In this document: in pieces, positions 34,391-48,500 of the stretch
Position numbering within the stretch: position 1 is the first letter of the stretch
How the letters are laid out: every line of letters begins with the position of its first letter
Source of the DNA: Trichoplax adhaerens
Lineage: Eukaryota > Animalia > Placozoa
Direction: 5' to 3'
NCBI RefSeq assembly: GCF_000150275.1
Contig: NW_002060943.1
Location: 6,626,299 to 6,690,298, forward strand
DNA length: 64,000 nucleotides
The notes under the pieces: generated by a model
Told to the model about the DNA's origin: nothing
Database searches by the model: none
The model's input: the letters and a program-made list of their open reading frames with translations, nothing else
Translations under genes and position numbers: made by a program

Positions 34391-35112
34391 CGTGGATTTT
34401 TAGCAGGTCAACGGCACTTGGCTCTTTCTTGTGACAAGACGACGGCAATTTTGGGCTTCCATTTTGGCCTGGCTAATCAGTAAGTTGCTCATTCTTACGA
34501 CATATGTCATTCATTAACTGAGTTTAGCCATAATGTGTCGAGTAGTTAGCCACAAGGGTAATGGTAACGATAAGATCGTAATATTGCAGTGGTGACGTAT
34601 TAGCAACAAACGATCCTTTCCACTACACTACTGTACTTCTACCCGTCGTAGCTGTATACAGTAGGTGGGTTGTACTGTAGGTTACTGCTGGAAAAAAAAA
34701 TCACAGATAGCTCTGAAAGTGTGTTTGCAATTATCGAAGCATTCAATGTTAACCATTTATCAATGATAGTTCAAGTAGTACGGCTAATCTGAACGATACA
34801 AAACGGTTGATCGTGTTTCGTTAAATGACTCCACTTTTCGCCAAATAGCAGTGGATATTCGCTTTAGCAAACATTGCATTTCAATATTGTAAATCCATTC
34901 TAGGCGTTGGTACAATACTCTACTTAGTGCAAGTTCTAACTGTCAATCCCAAATTTACTCCAACTTAGTACAATTACATTCATTGAAGAAGGAAAGAAAA
35001 CATCGATTGCCTTCGCCTAACGCTTGTTCCAAAGTGCTTGAATAAAGATACCCAAAAGTTCGCTTGACTTGGCAATTTGGAGAAAAGATTGACTGAAGAC
35101 CAATATACTGCC

Positions 35113-37046
35113 ATGTTTAGTTGGTTAAAGAGTAGTGAAGCTAAAGAACCTGAGGTGTTCAACTCAGTCGTCGATGGATTGAAAAAAATTTACAGGCATA
35201 CCATTCGCCCTTTAGAAGATGCATATAAATTTCACGAATTTCATTCACCTCCAATGGAAGACCCTGATTTTTTTGCCAAACCAATGATATTATTGATTGG
35301 TCAATATTCAACTGGTAAGACCACATTTATACGATATCTACTAGAACGAGAATTTCCTGGTATGAGAATCGGACCCGAACCAACAACTGATTGTTTCGCT
35401 GCTGTCATGCACGGAGAAACGGAGAAAGTCATTCCTGGTAATGCTTTAGTAGTTGATCCAGCTAAGCAATTTCGTGGCCTGTCGCGTTTTGGCAATGCAT
35501 TCTTGCAACGATTTTGTGCATCTGAAGTGAATAGCAATGTCCTAGATCATATCACCATTATTGATTCACCTGGTATTCTATCTGGCGAGAAGCAACGCGT
35601 ATCACGCGGTTATAGTTTCACTGGGGTTATCGAGTGGTTTGCTGAAAGAGTAGATAGGATCATTTTATTGTTTGATGCCCATAAATTGGATATTTCTGAC
35701 GAATTTCGCTCTGCTATCAAATGCTTAAGGGGCAATGATGACAAAATTCGCATTGTGTTGAATAAAGCAGATATGATTGATGCTCAACAGTTAATGAGAG
35801 TTTATGGTGCTCTAATGTGGTCGCTTGGAAAAGTTTTAGGCACACCTGAAGTTGCTCGTGTTTACATTGGATCCTTTTGGGATCAACCTTTACGTTATGA
35901 CGACAATAGAAAGCTTTTTGAAGTAGAACAACGCGATTTATTTGAAGATATTAGGAAATTGCCACGTAACGCAGCATTACGAAAGCTGAACGACTTAGTA
36001 AAAAGGGCGCGACTTGCTAAGGTACGCTAACTGCTATGAGATGAATTCCCTCGTTCAGATAAGATTGCTCTAAGATTGGGTAGTATTAATATAATTAGTG
36101 ATACTTGTAAAAATGTACTAATTTTTAAGATACAGTAAATCATTTTTAGTATACGCCTATCATTAATATACATTCGTCCTCAGGACTCCATTTGATTAAG
36201 TAAACATAATGCTGTACAATAATTATGAGTAGACCAATAACTTCAAACAAGATAGTTGTAGTTTTTGTGCGATAATTAATACATTCTTTGTCTAGACTAT
36301 TGTTGATTATATTGCCCTTTCATATTGGTCTACTGTAGGTCCACGCACTTGTTATTTCAACTCTAAAGAAGGAAATGCCCTCTATGTTTTATAAAGACTC
36401 TAAAAAGATGAGTTTGATTGATAATTTGGAACAAATTTACGATCGAATAAGCTCTGAACATAGTGTATCTCCCGGAGATTTTCCTCCATTAGCGATGATG
36501 CAAGAGAAATTGAGAAAATATGATTTTAGCAAATTTTCATCCTTAAAACAAAAAATGATTGACGAATTGGATAGAGTTATGGGTAATGAAATTCCTAAAT
36601 TAATGTGCATGGTTCCTGAAGAGGAGAAAATGGAAGGCGATACCACTGTTACTGGTGGAGCATTTTCCGCAACTGACAATGCTCCGTTTAACCAGAATAA
36701 AGCCTTAGGAGCTGATGAAGGTGGAGAAACAGATTGGGTTATATTTGAGAAAAAGGAAGAAAAATATGACGACATATTCCGTAAACTCAAGCCTAAGAAT
36801 GGTAAGCTCAGCGGAGAGCAGGTGAAGACTGAAATGACCAAATCGAAACTTCCCAACTCTGTCTTGGCTCGTATTTGGAAACTATCAGATCTTGATGGTG
36901 ACGGCTATCTAGATGAAGATGAATTTGCAGTAGCAATGTATTTAATTGAGTATAAGTTAGAAGGTCAAGACTTACCATCCGAATTACCTGTTGGTGTAAT
37001 CCCACCATCTAAGCGTAAAGGTGATCAGGGTGGTAATCCATTCTAA
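35113..37046 (+). CDS. EHD1: EH domain-containing protein (EHD/RME-1/Past1 family dynamin-like ATPase), 2 coding exons, 538 aa
   Basis: Exons 35113-36021 and 36339-37046 (LAK|VHALVISTLKKEMP). Typical MFSWL start, P-loop GQYSTGKT, IGPEPTTD, DSPGILSGEKQR, LNKADM, C-terminal EH domain LPNSVLARIWKLSDLDGDGYLDEDEFAVAMYLI, PPSKR. Probably a pro-ortholog of vertebrate EHD1-4. Confidence 0.97.
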
Positions 37047-40000
37047 TAACACTTTTTGATTTGATTGTAATGTATTGGTACCAAAATTCAGTATTCTCAC
37101 TAGAAATTGAACCGATTATAGCTATGAGCCTTGGGGGTATTTATAGGATATAATGCTTTACATGGACGTGTGGCCTGATAGAATTTCTAGCTAATTAATT
37201 TTGTGGTGTTGTTATTAACAATAGATAAATATAAATTTCCGTAAAATTATTATTTTTAGGGCATATTCGTTTTGCAATTTCTGGTAATTATATCTGGTAA
37301 TACTTGTTCATGACGTACCGTTATCAACGAAATGATAACCACTTTTTTTTATGTTAGGATATGATCATACTTGTAGACTTTATCTGTCGCGTCATCATAT
37401 AATCTATTGCAATGGTGTTACAAACTTGCAAGCATTCATCAGTTAAAATTGATGTTGAATGCTTCTTGAGACAAAAATTACGTTAACCTCTATTAATTTT
37501 TAAGCTGTGACTTATAGTGCAATAGCAACTTGGCGTGATGATGTTATTTTTAAACTCTGTTAATGTAATTGTCCTCAATTTCTGCTGTAAGTTTCCTTTC
37601 GTAGAACATTAGATTAGAGTTATAGTAATAACTAGTAATTATTGCAATTAAATTACCATTGCTGGAGTATCCAGCCGCATATGTATATTTATCTTTCTTT
37701 CTAGATGTCAATTTCAGTAAGTAGCAAATTGCGCATGCTAGGATAGATAGGCATATGTTAGAGTGTTACCTACCAAAACTAAGCTGTTCCTATCAATTTG
37801 CTCTGACGGATTTACGTTTTAGTTTTATGGCATCATTACGTACGATATTGTAGTTATCGCAATCTCAATTATTGGCTGGATTAGCACTTGGTTTTAGCAA
37901 CTACTGCGTTTAAGTACGTGCTGCACTTATAGCGTTAGGTATCGTTCTTCCAATAGTCCACTACATCACCCTGGCTGAGTTGTAGCACCTGCACGAACTT
38001 GCAAACTTTGGTTTGTAGCGTTTTTTGTATATCCAGTGGAAGTGATGTGTTGCATTTATAAAAATATAGTTCATGCGATAAGATTGACCGAATTTGTATA
38101 TTGATGACTCAGCAGAATAAATGAAATTTAATGGAAAAGCTGACGGAAAGAAGATTTATTTTATATAATAGAGAAACTTGCTTTCTCTTACATTATTTGG
38201 ACTTTATGACCTTAGTGATGCTATAGACCGTTATTCTGCACTCATGTATCCTAATTAATACCAAATGATAACTTTATCATTAGAAATTTGATAACCTGAC
38301 AGAGAAGTTAGTGGCTCGGGTCTCATATCGATGTATAATGTTCAAGTACAGTGTTCAGGTATCATTTAGATGCAATGCTTTAAACAATTGGCAGACTTCG
38401 AAGGTTACACACACTCCTACGAGTATGTCGTTTCGAATTCATCTATTCTCAGTCACACTGTTTTAGACCATAAGTTTTGTTCCATTTTCTTCCTATACCT
38501 ATGCACTGTTAGCTAAGTAACTGGTTAAGGCTTCTATTTCAATATATATTACTAGATGGTAATCTTAAACTATACTAAGTTGAAACATACTTACATTAAG
38601 GTGATGATAATAATGAGCGTCGTGCCTGTTGTGCATTAGTTCCTGTACGTGTACGAGTATATCATTTAGAAATACTTATTACTGTTCCTGTCTACTACGT
38701 ATTGTTTATAAGTTGTTGACAGACCTCAGCATTGATATCCTTTTACATATACGTATTTATAAACTTATCTAGGATATGTGTAAGGGTATTCATACAAGGT
38801 ATTGTATATTCTATCAACAACCTGATATTGTGGAAGTAATTAAGCCTACAGTAATAGTATCTGGGTTATGATTCAAGCCTTTCTGTTGCTTTCGTGTATG
38901 TCACCAAATACAATTATGTGTACAATGCTCTTCATGCACGTACACAACATATCCTCTCAAAGATATTTATAATGGACGTTAATTTTGAGCAAATATGATT
39001 ATGTAGAGTAGTATCATATAATAAAGTTTTGAATTTAGTCAGTTCTGTATGACCAATGTTTACTTTTAACATATAAAGTATTGTGATTAGGAGTGATGGT
39101 ATAATTACGTTAATATTGAAATCGTCAATACGTCCATTGCAAAATGCAACAAATTGACGACCGTATACGTCTGGCAGATTTATAACTATGATTTTGAATG
39201 ACAATAACCAATAACGTAGTGGATGCGAAATTACGTAACCCGGAATCCATGGTATATTGCTCGTTGCATCCTCGTCATCAATGATCAAGGATTCGCTCAT
39301 TGCGTTTTAGCTAATAGCGTTATTGATATCAGACTTGCTACACTTGCATTATACGATATTGGTCGATACATCGCCTACAGTAAGTTTTAAATTATTTTCA
39401 TTCTTTGGATTATGGCCTTATTATCCTTTGGTTTATTTATCTACTAAGTGTAATTAATTCATTTTTATAGTCGTATACGCATATTATTCTTTCTTTTGTT
39501 TATAATTTATTCTCGCGAAGTAATGATAAGAAACGGTATTTATGAATTCATTGTCATCACTTCATATGGCTCTTCAAGCATTATAACCTATTGTTATGGA
39601 TAATTTCTCTATAATGTTTGTTGGCTAATTATTGGCTAAATTAATTCCATGCCTTGATTCAATACTTCAACCATCCAGCTGCTGGTTCGAATTAACCATA
39701 AATATATCTGCTGATAAAATACAATGATGGGAATTTATATTCTTCTAGAACGATACCGGGATAGATATATTTCGTCATAACACCAACAAGATTAATTGCA
39801 TGATATCTAGTAATGAAGAAAAGAATATCAGACCATTGAAGTGTGAATAGAATTACTTCGCTTAATCCTAAACTCTAAGCGTAATATAGTATTTAATACA
39901 GCAGACGATCGTAGTCTAGCTTCTAGTTTTGATATTCATTTTAATGAGAACTGTGTTGTTCAAGGATCAATTTACAATTGATTTAACAGTTATGAGGTAA

Positions 40001-40859
40001 CGAAGAAGCAAAATCATAGAAGCGCACATATATAATTTGTATGGCATTATGACTAATAACCCACTTCAAGAATTTTTTCTTATTTTTTTCTTACAGCTAT
40101 CGAAGATAAGCTTTAAACAATCAAGATTGCAAACTATCGGATAGTGATCCATTGTATAATTGAGGTAAATCAATGGATTTATAGTAAGGTTGTTTTCATT
40201 TTGTAACGACGACGTGAAGGCGACTTATACCACGTATGTTAGTATTCCCTGCTATTTAATTCCAATGTGAATGCGCGTTCTGCCCATAAATTAATAATAA
40301 TCCCACATTTATGCTACTTTAACATCGCGGGATGTACACCGAAAAATACAGCATAATATAGCGTATCTACAGTACTTCTGAGTAGTTGTCATCTGTGATC
40401 AGCAGAAAGCAACTTCAATCTGAGACGAAAACGGCTTTAGTTAAGTCAATATCGCACCGTATCCGTAGCAATTTACTACTGACTTGTCTAGTTCAATTGT
40501 AGATGCAATGTCTTTTACGTGTATTCCGCTCATTTCCTTTACTAGTCTGTGACAAATAAAGCATTACGCTAGCAATCTATTGATATTTTCGGCTAATTTT
40601 TCGACGAGATCAATTTAACTGACTGTGAATGATTGAATAGTCAGTGGTTTATCTGCTTTCAAAGATCCTCTTGACAAGCTAGCATAGCGTTACGGATGCT
40701 TTCTTATTCATTGAGAGATACAACGAATGATCTGATACGCTATAAGACTTTATTGCTTGTAATTTGGATTTGATCAATCCTTCCATACCTGATTGTTGTA
40801 AAACTGTAACAAATTTTATCGAAATAATCATCGATTAGTCTAACCATTCCTTGAGGTAT

Positions 40860-40876
40860 ACCCTAACCCTAACCCT
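40860..40876. repeat. Short interstitial telomeric-type tract (TAACCC)~3
   Basis: ACCCTAACCCTAACCCT read directly. Confidence 0.6.
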
Positions 40877-41019
40877 TGAATGACATCATCAGGTTACAAG
40901 AATTGATTTTACTGCTTGCCTACTCAGTATTGAAACCGTAGGTATGAGTCATTGGTGAGTCATTGGAGCAGTGACCGAGGACAGTGAGTTGGTGCACAGT
41001 AAACGAACAATCAGGGAGT

Positions 41020-41960
41020 ACGATACGGTACGGTACTAGTACAGTACGTCATGATTCTTGACTGCGCAGTGACTGGTATTTTGAAGATGTTATACGCATA
41101 CTGGACCTATCCAGTACAGCATGTATTGTCTAGTATGTACCATGGACCGTATGGATTTGTTATCTATATACACAGACAGTATGGTATCCGTTTTGTGTAT
41201 TATAGGTGGACAATGTACCATTTTTTTTTAACATTCCTCATTCGAAAATGGAAAATAACCTGAGGGAGATGTCGTAAAAATCCTTCGTTATCAATGTCAA
41301 TATGGTCAATACTGTACATTTATATAAGAACGGTATGATGAAATAAAAATGGATCAACTATTGGTTGGGTATGGAAATATTGAGAATAATTCTTCACTAA
41401 TCGCAGCGATCTCATTGACTCTGTACTGTACCCGTGAGATCTAATAGAGACAGTCTTGATCAGTCAGTGCGGTCATGGACGCGTGGTCTACACCCCATAG
41501 TATCGTACTACCAAGAGATAACGAAAGACTAGTAAAGAGAGAAGAGAAATCGCACTCTTCTCACTTTAATAGTCCATGATACTACAGACAGTAATACCCC
41601 ATTTACTTTCCAATCTAAAAAAAAATAAGATCAACAGTAATATCCGGCTCTTACAATATTAAACATGGAAATTGGTAGGACTGTCGACGCCCACAGTCAG
41701 GAGTGTTTTTGAGCGGGGTTTGTTGAGCCGTCCATCCACGGTATCGTACAGTACAGTCAGTATACATTGGGTACAAGACGGTTGAACCCACTGGTATCAC
41801 CTGGTATGTTACACAGTGACTCCCATGTACAGTATGACGGTTCATACCGACTGAAGCTTCTTCTGTTCGTCACACGTCCGTCCCATGTGACACAACATTT
41901 CACAGTTGTCGCCGTCGTGACATACCTATTTATTACAACTGTTGCCCGTGTGAGTCACCT
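41020..41960. promoter_or_regulatory. Putative Numb upstream/promoter region, relatively GC-rich with TACAG/TACTG runs
   Basis: GTACGGTACTAGTACAGTAC (~41028), CTGTACTGTAC (41421), GTACAGTACAGTCAGTATAC (~41746) and TGAGTCA (41951) lie 0.6-1.5 kb upstream of the Numb ATG. Confidence 0.4.
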
Positions 41961-42556
41961 TATTTGTATTCAGGTCAAGAAGGAGAAATTGGCGTTCACT
42001 GAATTGGCAAAGAATTGGCAAAGAAGCTGCTTGCAAAAGTTCCAATATTGCTAATTGAACAGACGATTGCCTTACTTGTGGTATTGATTGATTGCTAGAA
42101 AGGTTGTATTGCATCAATTGGCATTTGATTGAAAAGATTTAGCGCTAATTTACATGACGACAATCAAGTCAGTGCCGCGGTAGCTGCAGGAAAGTTCAAA
42201 TATTCAGCCGGCTAAATTCCAAACTCAGCACTGTCCAAAAAAAAAAATTGCAGTCAATGGTGGCCTATCTGTTAGCTACAGAAGAGAAAAAATAATCCAA
42301 CAAATTTTCCTGTCTCTATTTCAACGTATAAATTACAAGATTATTCATTCGTTGAATTCGTAAAGATTAAATATTCATCCAACTTGGTATCGTGGCTAGT
42401 TACTAATTCATTGACGAGGAAACAATTAGTCATTGAAGTCATCATCACAACTGGATAACCTGCCATCCAGTGCCTGACAGTCCCCCCCTCCCATTCATTA
42501 TTTATATATGTTATACAAATTATCATTCTTTTCAAGCGGTATCTGGATAAAACGTC

Positions 42557-45500
42557 ATGAAGAAATTTACCCGTACTTTAAGCTTTCGACGCAAGCATGC
42601 ACCTAAAACAACCTCCTCAGAAGATCAGCGATCATCCTATTGGGAAGAGGATAGCTACAAAGTCAAACATGGTCAAATTGTCTTCCCTGTCAAGGTAAAT
42701 CTAGTGGTCGTGTCATTTCCAATTTATAGTTAATCAAGATTGAGTTGCTATCTTCAATCTTTGTCGTACAGTAAATAGTCATTTATTATTTATTATTTTT
42801 ATTCTATCAGTGTTGTACTACCCTCATTCCATAAACATCAACTTGTTTTATATACTGTATGACTTATTCTTAAGTCTTAACGTTTATTAATTGAGAAGGA
42901 AATATTTTGGTAGTAACACCAACAACAACAACAATACAAGTCCGTCACAATGCTTTGGATTGTTGTTAGTAATATGAGTTACAAATACTTTACTATGCAG
43001 TCATCTGGGTTGGATTGCCATTTTGAACGAGCAATCGTGATACGTTAGTAGCGAATGCTATAAGGTAACTCGGCTACTTATCTTTTAAACTGCTTGCAGT
43101 CAAGATTTTGCAAGTTGTACAATTCATCGACTGTACTTTAGTTCACAGTTTTTTCTAAAATGATCACAATCAGTGATTGCTTTCTTATCTATTATACCCG
43201 CTACTGTAGTTATCTGTTAACTATTTTCTTACCAGCAATAATTATTTACAGTATCTGGAGACGTAGTGAACTTTAATTATTTGCTATTGCTGTACGTAAG
43301 GCGTACCTACCATACGGCGATGCTACCAGAATCAGAAATTGCTATTGATTTTGGTATAGCCAATTATTCATAAATGACGGACAAGTTGATCATTAAGCAA
43401 TAAATGACAACAGCAAAGTACCCTAATATTCTTGGTTGCTTTAATTTTAAGGACAGGCAAAAATTGCATTTTCAATACAGCAGAACTTGATCGCCGATCA
43501 TCATCATCCGAGTTTCGTTTTACCTTAAATTACCGTATATTACATCATATGTTTTGACAGTTGGCAAGGCTAATGAAATCAAGTGAACGATTCAATTTTT
43601 GGATTTCGTAAGAAATTACAATGTTCATATGCTATACAGTATAGTGCAATCTCCCTTTACACTAAATCATTTAGTAGCCACATCATCTGTAAATCTTTCA
43701 ACTTTGTATGTAGATTCAAATCTTACTATCCATGTTTTTCAATAAGCCAAGTTACTGCTAGAAAGAGATCACGTATAAAATGAAATAAAATTGAAGATAC
43801 CTAAAGTGATGATTGTGAAAATTTCTTTAACCTTTTATGATTGCCTTAAGATTTCTTAATTTGTTGTCTTAACTTTTCCTTACTGTTTACGTGTGATTTA
43901 AGATCAATGTAATACCTGCTCAATACTAATCGAGTATTCCACTTTTTTTACGAAACTGTTCAGCCGATTGCCCTTTTTTGATTGCAGTTTTGTTTCTTTA
44001 AATTATAGTATTTAGGTTCTTTAGAAGTAACTAAATCTCGTGGTACAGATATATGCCATGAAGCTGCAATGGCCATGATGAAGGTCAGTTAACTTTATCT
44101 CCCAAAAATTAGGAAAATTGTTCGTCTTTAATTAATTAATAATTGATTGATTAAAATAGACATTGCTTCATTTATCTGAGTATAGTATCATGCAAGCGTA
44201 TGTGTGGAATGACGACACAATATGGTTCATTTAATCTCGTAGATTAAATTTTCATTTTTACATTTTTTCATTGATTTACGATCTGACGAGAACATTCCAT
44301 CGCAATTTAGCAGTGATCGTTAAAATCAAAGTTATTCATTACTACCGCGATATACATCTGTATATATATAAACTGTAGTCATTTCAATTACTCTCCTGTA
44401 CACTATTTGCCATTTTAAGTTTACGACGATACTAAGTCAATGATAGCTCAAGATGGAGACTATCCTGTATCGACGGAAATCTCCGGTGGATTGATGACCT
44501 GTCAGGTCTAGTGCTATGGTATTATTATTTGACTATAGATCTGATGGTTTTAGACGTACGCTTATACTGTAACATGATTAGGTAAACTCACTTCTACTCA
44601 TAATTTTCTCTATAATAGCGACTTCTTTATTGATTCATCCTTCATTTGATTCTGTCTCCTACAAGTTTTTAGTAATTTCTTCTATAGAAAAGTGGTAAAT
44701 TATACTGCATCATATGAAGAAGCATTAGTTAAGAAATCGACTGCAGTATGTGAGATCAACAAACTTCGTAAACAGCTTCGATAAACAATGGCATCAGCAG
44801 TGTAAAAAGTCAATAACAACGTAACAATGCTGTTGTAGAATTTCTAAAATTACTCCAGCATTGATCTACTGTATTTATCATACGAGTTGCTTGTATTGAA
44901 GCATTTACTATTAGAAACTTTATTTATGTTCACTCACTATTGGCTAGTATTGTACTCTGTCTAAATCACTTGAAAAAAGTGATCACATCCTACTTCAAAA
45001 TAAGGGTGATCATGCACCCATTGTAATTTACACAGTAAATCGTTATTATTATCAATTAATTTTACAGACTACGGTACTGTATTTGCCCATATCTATCGGT
45101 CTTTCGAATACGTACTTGTAACTCAACAAATCACGATGCTGTGCTAAATACTGGGCGGGCGAGACAGCGGTCTATGATAACGGGATGATGAAGATATGAA
45201 TTAGGATCTACATGCGATAGCGGCTAAATATGCTATAGTCCACAGCAATTCAATATTTGGATATTTATTGACAATAAAAGGATCATATCAGGGACTACTC
45301 AAAGCACATTAGTCTCTGATCATATGCAGTATTTATGCACCATATTTACATACTGTATGGTAGTTGGAACCTTCCGCATTATTACGATTATCGAATATAG
45401 TATCTTTGTTTCGATGGACGTATTGATGTTGACATTGATGTTAATGTCTTTTAAACTGGTATTAATATATCTATCACCTTTAACTCTGTTCTCACGGCGG

Positions 45501-48500
45501 TTGCAACTGGTCGTTATACTATACACATGCGATGAAATTGCTTGAATATGTATTGTTTCCTTGAGGGTGGAATTTAACCCGTTTCGATCGCTCAGTAACT
45601 AGAACAATTATCGTAGTCATGTTTATTTTTCAAGCCTTTTAAAAGTTTGAATGACAGCATAATGTTCGTACTGTAGTATTGTATATGTTATGTACTATAT
45701 ATATATGCTGGTGTAAAGTAAACTAATATAAATGTGCCTATCCAGTATTAATTTAAATTCGAGAAGGTTTGTTCATATTTGCTGTAATGCCATACAGTTC
45801 AGAAGGCGGAAAAAAATTCATGATTAATATTTATCCTTAAACTACAGATACTGCACACTAGGAGATTCTATACCAATGTCAATAAGATTTCTGCCTTATT
45901 ACTCAATGCTTTGGTTATGCACTGTACTGTATATACGCGTATAACAAATTAAACTGTTGCAAGGGCAAATTTCTTAGAGCTATTACAAGCTATTATGCAG
46001 TTCATTCATAATCCTTCCTTCGTCGTTTACTTTTTGGCAGTAGCCTACTTGATAGTGCGCAGTATGGCTACTGTTTTTCACACATGCTATTCATGGCCGG
46101 TTAATCTGGTGTCTCTTCGATTTTATCATAAACTAGAGCATAAAAGTGCCTGTTATCATTCCTTGGCATACCTTTGCTGTTGCTTGATCCAGTAGTCAGC
46201 ACCTCAGGCTCTCCGTTACTGTCTTCCAATCAAATTTAAATTTGATGTTTTCATTTTGTAATTTATAATCAACAGCTATTACATTCCATCTTAATAAGAA
46301 TTGCCTTAGGAACTTGAATTTGTAAGTATATTATTAGGCCGCTGTCTATTCCCTTGAGGAGCTAGAAATTGTGCTGAATTAGTATGTCTACGTACAGTGA
46401 TAGTCCATTGGACAGCATGATATAACCGCCTCGCTTTATTTTATTTGAGCTATTCGAAAATTTTAATCCATTTCTAGCTAATTAATTTAATCTTAATCTT
46501 AACGGAGATTATTGGAAGACATTGGGTGTTAAAATCGTGCTATGTACTTAAAATGACGCAGCCTTGATATTAACTTAACGTAAAGTTTAAGAGTAGTTAG
46601 ATGACAATGCAATTGATTATTATTTGTCCACGGTAGACTATAAAAACGAAAGTTTATTGTCATATTGAAATTGTTGATGAATTGTGGAAAGCTATCAGCA
46701 TAATATTAATACGTTTATTAAATGGACTCGCCAGATGAGATCATCTTTTTTCTGAGTGATCAACGCCTTCTGCACTAAAATCTGACAATAGAACCATTAT
46801 TGAGATGACATCTTCTATTCTTTTATATAATTTAGAGCTTTCATTTAAATTATGCAGGATCTACTGGATTATTAGAATTTCGGGAATACGAGGGATGAAT
46901 ATAATTAATTGAGAATACAAAAATTTTTGAGTTTATTCTAATGTATATGCCAATCTCTGATCGCAATATTACAGGTGATATATTGTATAAACTACGAGCC
47001 AAGCGTCCGTAAAATGTAAAATTTATGTTCTTGTGGAACTAATGTATATAGGGGCTAAATCTAGGGTCAAAGTTATCTCTTATCAGTTATTCGTACTCTC
47101 TTTAATTAATGTTGAGAATGTAAGACTTGCAGGATGTTAGTCTTAGTAAAAGTCAGTGGTATGCCAACATGTAATGCTGTATTGATTTTACGGATTACGA
47201 ATAATCTAAATATCACAGTTAACTGGTCGAATTCCTCTTCTCATGAGAGGTAATTCGATTAATTAGTATAATATTAAAATTATGAATTCGTGATACCAAA
47301 TAAGCATTGCAGGCTGTTGCTTATAGGCACGATTAAATTACTAATTTGCCTGTACTATTTACCGTGACATTTCAATATTCATACATTAGGTTAAAAATGG
47401 TTAGAGTTTTTGCGGCCGTTATGCTAAGATTAGTAATTCTTAGTTAATTCAATGGACGTACGATAGATGTTGACTAACAGTTCGGTGTTTTCGGTGTATA
47501 GTTCTCTAATTAAAACTGATGTTATGCGCTCACGAAACAGTTGAATTAAAGGCTCACATCAGTTATGATCCTTAGTGCATCTGGCATAGTAGTATTTATT
47601 GTCATTAATTAATTCTTAAAGAAATTTACATCACCTTTTGAATAGCATTCGTGGCTAATCTACTCTACCAATTTAACACCTATACTTCTTCCTTAATTTC
47701 TTGTTTCTACTGGATGCAATTACAATAAATCATTGCTTTGGTAAGACTTAAAGATATACTGTAGTTCAAGCGACTAGATACTTCTATTGCGGGTTTATAA
47801 AGAGTTTTACAGATTGCATGACAACAGAAATTAATAAGGGTCTCTTTCTTCGGCTGACATTATTTGGTATGGGCCTCTAATTATATGACGAATTGATTAT
47901 ATTATAACTAATTGTGGATATCTGATAGGATTGGATTACGTAATTATATTTATGTTTGTGGCCTTAAGACTTAGAATGGGCCACTATCATAAAACATACC
48001 TTCTATGCCTTAGGAAAACTTTATCATAACAAAAAATATTGATCTTAATTAACGTTATAGATGACTGGACATTCTTTATTTCAAAGTATCAAAGAGTCTA
48101 GTTAATGTGGAATATTTTAATAGTATGATATGTAAATAAATGAAAAATATGGATAATCCCTTTCTGCATATAGATTCAGAATTTTTATTTTGGTGTTCAA
48201 CTTAAAAGAAAATTTATTACCGGTGAAGTAATACCACATTGAATGAATCTTTAAATTAAACTTTTACTTCTATTTTAAAAATATTAAGAACCACAAAAGG
48301 AAGAAAACGAGCTTGGTAATCAACATCAATGGTGTTCGAGTAACAGATGAAAATACGAAGGTAAGTTTAATATTAATTAGATTAAAACTTAATCCTTAGT
48401 TTATTGTTTTACTGTCATTTTGTTTGTTGTTAGAAAAAATCTGCCGCATTAAATTATGTTTGCTAGAAATTGATAACGAAACCGACATTATCATAACGTA

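Noticed and set aside
35077-35112. Longer EHD N-terminus from the ORF track
   Set aside because: It starts at TTG; the conserved family start MFSW is the ATG at 35113.
38932-39300. 122 aa minus-strand intergenic ORF
   Set aside because: No domain similarity or supporting exon structure; it cannot be excluded without RNA data.
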